In this document: positions 58,320 through 64,000 of the stretch, one piece after another
How positions within the stretch are numbered: position 1 is the first letter of the stretch
How the letters are laid out: each line of letters opens with the position of its first letter
DNA from: an uncultured Ruminococcus sp.
Lineage (GTDB): Bacteria; Bacillota; Clostridia; Oscillospirales; CAG-272
Length of the DNA stretch: 64,000 bases
NCBI GenBank assembly: GCA_964621165.1
Contig: CAZULC010000011.1
Location: 438-64,437, forward strand
Reading direction: 5' to 3'
Program-made: the position numbers and the translations under genes
The notes under the pieces: model-generated
What the model was told of the DNA's origin: nothing
Seen by the model: only the letters and a program-made list of their open reading frames with translations
Database searches by the model: none

Positions 58320-59511
58320 ATGAAAAAGCCGACAGTCATAATTTTAGCGACGGCTCTGGTGCTAACGGGATGCGAAATCAGCGATTCTACGGAGGAAACT
58401 CTGCTTCCACCCCAGCCCGAGACGGAAAAGAACGAACGACCATCAGACACCCGACAACCCGACAATTACAAGCGTCAGCGCACCCGTGAAGCACAGCACA
58501 TTGTCCGGAGACGCTTACGTAACCAACGAGGACGGACTGCGGCTTGTTTATACCGACGGACGTGAGCCGGTTGAGCTTCCCTTTGAGGACGGCGGTGAGA
58601 CGACTATTCAAGCGGGGAGATGACGGGAGTGGTTCAGGAGGGAGCGTATGATGAGCAGAGCTATCGGAACAGCGCCTACTACAGCATATCCAACGGAAGG
58701 ATCACATGCACAACCGAAGGAGAATGATTCAATCGGTCTGACCTCGTACAACGGATTGATTTTAGCCTACAGAAGCGTCCACGACGAAGCCGACCCGCGC
58801 AAGGAAGCAACACTCGTGATTGGCAGCGAAACCGGCGAGACGCTCCACGCTTTCATGGGCTACACGGATATAAAATGCGGCGACGGCGGGATGTACTACC
58901 TTGTAAACACAAGGAATTACAGCTATAACGCCTACGACAGGGTTTACAATTTCGATTTCGAAAAAATAGCCGAAATTGACGGTCGGTATAAATCGTTTGC
59001 AGTCACATCCGAGGGATATGCGGTTATGTGCGGGGACGGGGAAGACGGAAAAGTTCACTTCTACACCGTAATCGACGACAAGGGGGATGAAATCTACTCC
59101 AGTCCCATGTACGACAATGTGATCAGCATAGTCGGGAATTGGGCGTACGTCCTCGAGGAAAACCGAATCAACCTGCGGTACTGGAACGGCGGCTTCCTAT
59201 ACACCCTTGTCGAGATTGACGATGAGGACCTTGAGTATCTTGCGGGAGGTCTCTCCCGGGAGTTTGATATTGCGGTTTACACCACAGGCGTGTACCACCA
59301 TGAGCCGACAGGATGGTATAAAAACGCGGGTACGGCGGATTCACCCGAATATATCCCCGAGGAAGAGTGCGGTATTCAGTCGGGAGTTTACATAAATCTG
59401 TACTATACCAACCCCTCATCAGACATTCCCGGAGTGTCAGCCGACTACGTTTTTGACCCGGCAACAAGCATGAACGGAGTTTTCGCCCTTGATGTAATTC
59501 CGATGACATAA
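58320..59511 (+). pseudogene. paralogous lipoprotein L2, disrupted
   Basis: Lipobox LTGC. Homology to L1 is spread over three frames (LRLVYTDGREPVELPFEDGG; GEMTGVVQEGAYDEQSYRNSAYYSISNGRITC; ORF 58648..59511 with YNFDFEKIAEIDGRYKSFAVTSEGYAVM and IYSSPMY). This requires several frameshifts and stops in the first ~350 nt. Confidence 0.75.
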
Positions 59512-59566
59512 TAAAAATCCCATGTAGAATCCGATTTTATTCAGCCAATCCATGGGATTTTCTGTG

Positions 59567-60221
59567 TTATTTATTTTTCGGCAGCCGCTCGAATTCTAAA
59601 TAATTCCCCTCCGGCTCCTCGAGATAGCGAACTTTTATTTCATTTGCCACACTGGAGGCGTAATCCTCATTCACTCTTCCGGACGTGCGGACGTACGCGA
59701 AAAAGGTGACGGTTTTCTCACTCTCGTCAATTGTAATGTCGTCCCGTCCCGCATTACGGTAAAACTTTACCGCGTCGTCGAAGGTGCCGTAGAACTTGTA
59801 TTTTTGCCCGCCCTCGTCAACCGGTTCTTTGTCAAGCATGTGGGTTGGAGCGAACAGGGAAAAGTCGGTGTTGTACGGCAGTCGGCAGTGGGTGATTAAA
59901 AATTTGTCGCCGTCTATGTAATCTCCGTCGAATATGACGAAATAATAGTCACACTCGTTTTCCTGACCGTGATGAGCACATCCGAGAAGTTGTCGGTTTT
60001 GTAAATCTCAGCCTTTGCACCGGAGGAGTTTATTTTTTGCATATTTCTTCAATTGTACTTTCGCAGCTAAAGTAACCGTTGTAGTATGAATCATATTCAA
60101 CGAGAAGTGTGTAGCTGTATTCGTGGAAATAGTCAAAATTTTCCGGATCATTATTCGGTCAGCAGGAGAACATTGTCAGACAAAACAGAAAAGTCAAAAA
60201 TAACGCTGTGACTTTTTTCAT
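59567..60221 (-). pseudogene. small lipoprotein L3, disrupted
   Basis: The ATG at 60219-60221 encodes MKKVTALFLTFLFCLTMFSC, followed immediately by an in-frame TGA. The reading frame then shifts at an A-run near 60050 and again near 59960 before joining ORF 59567..59839. Confidence 0.65.
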
Positions 60222-60242
60222 TTCATAGCCTTTTCCGCCGTG

Positions 60243-62477
60243 TCAATGCACGACAACTTTATAATTCTTTATCTCTCCGTCAGCTGTCACCTTAACCTCG
60301 CCGTCGGCCATCTCCGCATAAATCACGCCGACTTTCTTTCCTTCCATATTATAAACCACCCGCTCGGCTTTACCCGTCAGCTTGTACACATGAACCGTCA
60401 GCCCGTCCGTGTAGTCGTAGTCGGGGCGGTCGTCGCGCGCACCTACGGGAATAATTGAGTTTTCCCTCACGTACAGCGGTAGCGAGAAGAAATCGTGCTT
60501 TTCCTTCACCCAGCCGGTTTTCTCCGCACATTCGCCGGTGAGCAGCGACGTCCACCTGCCCTCGGGAAGATAGAACGTCACGTTCCCATCTTTCGTGAAC
60601 ACGGGAGCTACAAGCAGACTGTCGCCAAGCATGTACTGTCGGTCCAAATCCTCGCAGGAGATGTCTCCCGGGAATTCGAGAACCATCGCCCGCATAGCAG
60701 GAACGCCCTTTTCGTGAGCATCAACCGCCGCGCCGTAGATGTATGGCATGAGCGAATTTTTCAGTTTGGAGAACTGTCTCACAACCGCAACGGATTCAGT
60801 GCCATCGACCTCGCCTTCCTTTGAGAACAGCCACGGAACCCGGTAGGAGCCTGAGCCGTGGAGTCTGGAGTGGGTTGAGAGAAGCCCGAACACCGCCCAT
60901 CTCTTGTATAAATCCGCGCTTGCCGTGCCTTCGAACCCGCTGATGTCGTGGCTCCAGAAGCCAAATCCTGAGAGACAGAGTGACAGCCCGCCGCGCAGGG
61001 ATTCAGCCATGGACGGATAGGTGGAGTTGCAGTCGCCGCCCCAGTGAACCGGGAATTTCTGCCCGCCAACCGTCGCGCTTCTGGCAAAGAGACACGCTTC
61101 ACCTTCGCCCCGCTCACGTTCAAGAAGCTCAAACACGCATTTGTTGTAGAGGTACGTGTAGTAGTTGTGCATACGGAGAGGGTCGCTGCCGTCATAATAT
61201 ACGCAGTCCACCGGGATTCTCTCGCCGAAGTCGGTCTTGAAGCAGTCCACGCCGTCGTCCAGCAGATTTTTCAGCTTGCTCTGGTACCAATTCCACGCAT
61301 CGGGGTTTGTGAAGTCCACGATTCCCATGCCTGCCTGCCACAAATCCGTCTGCCACACGTCGCCGTTTGCTTTCTTTAATAAATACCCGCGCTCAGACGC
61401 TTCCGTGAACAGTGACGACCGCTGGGCAATGTATGGGTTTATCCACACGCAGATTTTCAGCCCCTGCGCCTTTATTCTCCCGAGCATTTCCTTGGGCCTT
61501 GGGAACATTGCCGGGTCCCACGTGAAGTCGCACCACTGATTTTCCCGCATCCAGTAGCAGTCGAAGTGAAACACGGACAAGGGAATATCACGCTCCTTCA
61601 TGCCAGAGACGAAGCTCATAACCGTTTTTTCGTCATAAGACGTGGTGAAGGATGAGGTGAGCCAGAGTCCGAATGACCACGCAGGAGGAAGAGCCGGCTT
61701 TCCCGTCAGGCTGGTGTAATTCTCAAGCACCTCTTTCATTGAAGCACCGCCGATTATCATGAAGTCGATTTTCTCCCCGGGAACGGAAAACTGCGCTCTC
61801 GTGACGTGCTCAGTGGCAATTTCATATGACACCGGACCGGAGTCGTTGACCAGCACGCCGTAATTCATGTTTGTGATGTAGAACGGAATTGATTTATATG
61901 AAATTTCCGTGCAGGTTCCGCCATCCTCGTTCCACGTCTCCACTGACTGCCCGTTCTTTACAAATGGCGTGAACCTCTCCCCCAGTCCGTAGACCTTCTC
62001 GCCGATTGCAAGATCCAGCTGGACTCGCATGAAGGGACCGTCGGGGGTTTTCATGTAGCTTATCATGGAATGCCCGAACCGGTTTCCCACCGACGTGAGC
62101 TTTCTTCCGTCGTAGTAGTATGTGAATTCGCAGGGATTTTTGTGGACTCTCAGCTCGGTCAGCCCGCTTTTGACGGAAATCACCGCGCCGTTTTCGGGAC
62201 AGCTTACCTCAAGAGGGGAGTTTTCTTCTTCAAGCTCTAACCTCGGGTATTTCGCAGCCCCGCCGATAAAGTGGAACACCTCCGTCCTGATGATGTTTTC
62301 CTTCGGGGACGACACGTACATCTCAAGTATGGGACCGCCCATGCCGCGCCCGTCGTAATTGTAGTCGACTACGTAGAGATAAAGTCTGTTCCCCTCAAGC
62401 CGAACCTCCCGCACTTGCACCGCGTCGTGATTCTCGACTCCATCCCGGTTGAGCCAATAGCCTTTTGTGAATTTCAT
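60243..62477 (-). CDS. yicI: GH31 alpha-xylosidase (YicI-like)
   Basis: 744 aa, collinear with E. coli YicI from memory. Shared blocks include GLGERFT, PALPPAWSFGLWLT, KICVWINPYI, VDCFKTDFGERIP and FPVHWGGDC. Confidence 0.9.
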   Translation of the reverse strand: MKFTKGYWLNRDGVENHDAVQVREVRLEGNRLYLYVVDYNYDGRGMGGPILEMYVSSPKENIIRTEVFHFIGGAAKYPRLELEEENSPLEVSCPENGAVISVKSGLTELRVHKNPCEFTYYYDGRKLTSVGNRFGHSMISYMKTPDGPFMRVQLDLAIGEKVYGLGERFTPFVKNGQSVETWNEDGGTCTEISYKSIPFYITNMNYGVLVNDSGPVSYEIATEHVTRAQFSVPGEKIDFMIIGGASMKEVLENYTSLTGKPALPPAWSFGLWLTSSFTTSYDEKTVMSFVSGMKERDIPLSVFHFDCYWMRENQWCDFTWDPAMFPRPKEMLGRIKAQGLKICVWINPYIAQRSSLFTEASERGYLLKKANGDVWQTDLWQAGMGIVDFTNPDAWNWYQSKLKNLLDDGVDCFKTDFGERIPVDCVYYDGSDPLRMHNYYTYLYNKCVFELLERERGEGEACLFARSATVGGQKFPVHWGGDCNSTYPSMAESLRGGLSLCLSGFGFWSHDISGFEGTASADLYKRWAVFGLLSTHSRLHGSGSYRVPWLFSKEGEVDGTESVAVVRQFSKLKNSLMPYIYGAAVDAHEKGVPAMRAMVLEFPGDISCEDLDRQYMLGDSLLVAPVFTKDGNVTFYLPEGRWTSLLTGECAEKTGWVKEKHDFFSLPLYVRENSIIPVGARDDRPDYDYTDGLTVHVYKLTGKAERVVYNMEGKKVGVIYAEMADGEVKVTADGEIKNYKVVVH

Positions 62478-62716
62478 AATGAGTCCTGCCTTTATGTAAA
62501 ATTTATCGTTATATTATTATAACATATTTCTTCGGATTTTTGTATGCTTTTTCTACTAATATCCTGCTTAAATTGTCGTTTGATTGTAACATTATTGTGA
62601 ATTCTCCCGCGCGGTATTGATTTATGTGAAAAAAAGATGAATAATATATAGGAAAGCTTTTTCAGAGCCGAAAAAACCAAAGTCATTTTAATAAATTCAT
62701 TCAATGGAGAAAAATC

Positions 62717-63595
62717 ATGAAAAAAACCGTTTGGAAAATACTCAAGGAATACTCGCTCATCCTGTTAGGAAGCCTGATTTACGCCGTGGCTTTTGACTGG
62801 CTGTTTGTGCCAAACAATATCGTAATGGGCGGACTTACGGGTATTTCCCAGATTTTACAGCACTTTATTCCAAAAATTCCCATAGGTACGGCGGTGATTG
62901 TGATGAACATTCCGCTGTTTGCCCTCGGAGTCAAGCTTCAGGGAATTCATCTTCTGCTGTCGTCCCTTTTCGCGATGGCTACAAGCTCGGTTTTCATCGA
63001 CGTGATTCCCCTGTTCGTGGACTTCAGGCCCATGGGGGACCAGCTTATGTCCAGTGTTTTGGGCGGTGCGCTTATCGGTCTGTCAATTGGAATCCAGCTC
63101 TGGGAAGGGGCGACCACCGGCGGAACGGAGCTTGGGGCGAGACTCTTGAAATACAAGTTCCACCATATTCCTATAGGCAAGCTGTGCCTGTTCATCGACC
63201 TCGCCGTAATCGTGATGTACACCGCCACCTGCGGGGATCTGAGGGACGGACTTTACGCGGGAATAGCCATGTACGTCAGCAGCATAGCCATGGACAGCCT
63301 GATTTACGGCCGGCGTGTGGCGAAGGTTGCCTGCATAATCTGCGACGACGGCGAGAAGAAGGAAAAAATGAAGGAGGAGCTTCTCAAAATGGACCTTGGT
63401 GTGACGAGTATAAATGCCGAGGGAGGCTACAGCGGTGGAGGCAAGAACGTGCTGATATGCGCATTCAAACCGAGCAGAATTTCAGCTCTCAAGATTGCGG
63501 TGACGGAGATAGACCCGAACGCGTTCGTCATAGTCTGCGAGGCCCAGGAAGTGTTCGGAGAAGGATTTGCCCACTGCGAGGTTGACAGTCTGTAG
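62717..63595 (+). CDS. YitT-family membrane protein (DUF2179), paralog 2
   Basis: 292 aa with the same architecture as 32774..33631. Confidence 0.85.
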   Translation: MKKTVWKILKEYSLILLGSLIYAVAFDWLFVPNNIVMGGLTGISQILQHFIPKIPIGTAVIVMNIPLFALGVKLQGIHLLLSSLFAMATSSVFIDVIPLFVDFRPMGDQLMSSVLGGALIGLSIGIQLWEGATTGGTELGARLLKYKFHHIPIGKLCLFIDLAVIVMYTATCGDLRDGLYAGIAMYVSSIAMDSLIYGRRVAKVACIICDDGEKKEKMKEELLKMDLGVTSINAEGGYSGGGKNVLICAFKPSRISALKIAVTEIDPNAFVIVCEAQEVFGEGFAHCEVDSL

Positions 63596-63743
63596 AAAAC
63601 AATGACTACGGATGCATACTGTGATTAAAATATGGTTAAAATTGTCAGACTAAATAATAATATGGTATTTTTTATAGATAATACAGGAGTAACTATTAAC
63701 GAATGTGCAATGTGACGAATTTGTTCAAAAAATCACAATATAC

Positions 63744-63772
63744 TTGATTTTTCTTCCGCGCGGTGATATAAT
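63744..63772 (+). promoter_or_regulatory. sigma70 promoter TTGATT-17-TATAAT with TG-extended -10
   Basis: TTGATT at 63744-63749, TGA, and TATAAT at 63767-63772. No ORF follows within the remaining ~230 nt of the window. Confidence 0.5.
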
Positions 63773-64000
63773 TATTCTGTCGCAATAACGCGGACGGCAG
63801 ACGACTGTTAAGATGACTTGTGTAGTTTTATTGCCCCGGCTGTCAACCAAACGCGGCTTGGCTTGTAAAGAATACCGCAGTGGAAAGGATATTTTGTTGG
63901 CTGAATGCAGAACCGCCTTTGCCAACGGATAATTATAGTTCCTCTTTTGCCGGTGACGAGCGGATTGATGTCCACAAAAGCAGAATTATTTTTATGGGAG

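Noticed and set aside
51206-60300. A tRNA-Val-associated genomic island or prophage remnant.
   Set aside because: I saw no integrase, recombinase, transposase or phage gene, and no direct repeat of the tRNA 3' end. Only the pseudogene enrichment is suggestive, so it is kept as a low-interest hypothesis rather than a feature.
63773-64000. Assignment of the terminal leader to a specific riboswitch class (T-box, TPP, SAM, FMN, cobalamin, c-di-GMP).
   Set aside because: None of the conserved core sequences of these classes, as I recall them, is present. The downstream gene is outside the window.

Overview
This 64-kb window looks like a chromosomal segment of a Firmicutes/Clostridia-type genome. 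That placement is inferred from gene content: an atpIBEFHAGDC operon, a FabK-type fab cluster, SLH and YabE-like wall proteins, and many near-consensus TTGACA-17-TATAAT promoters. The intact core comprises the F1Fo ATP synthase operon (18.1-25.5 kb), pfkA, efp, a PiT/DUF47 phosphate pair, a HerA-like DUF853 ATPase, a Ca2+-type P-type ATPase, and a fabH-acpP-fabK-fabD-fabG-fabF-fabZ-accD-accA cluster (40.2-47.7 kb). It also includes an ECF sigma/anti-sigma pair, a GH31 alpha-xylosidase, two YitT-family proteins, tRNA-Thr(GGT) and tRNA-Val(GAC). I saw no transposase, integrase, CRISPR array or recognisable defence system.

Four things stand out:
1. A structured intergenic repeat family has three copies. 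Each starts exactly at the stop codon of the upstream gene, each has the same orientation relative to host transcription, and four stems show compensatory base changes. I could not match it to a known motif.
2. A second, roughly 89-bp repeat family occurs as a tandem pair, an inverted copy and a partial copy.
3. Eleven accessory genes are broken by in-frame TGA/TAG/TAA codons plus frameshifts, while every housekeeping gene is intact. The broken set includes a complete LytTR regulator / soluble kinase / twin ABC exporter module and three lipoprotein genes.
4. Two tandem paralogous lipoprotein genes share a sharply bounded, apparently 100% identical 3' tract of about 1.26 kb, which drags along a 101-bp fragment of the neighbouring acyl-CoA synthetase gene.

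Smaller points: the c-subunit carries a two-carboxylate Na+-type motif, epsilon is truncated, atpG-atpD has a 326-nt spacer, the fab cluster lacks accB/accC, and one acyl-CoA synthetase is fused to an HTH-cupin module.

All coordinates and identities were derived by hand from the sequence. No database search was possible.
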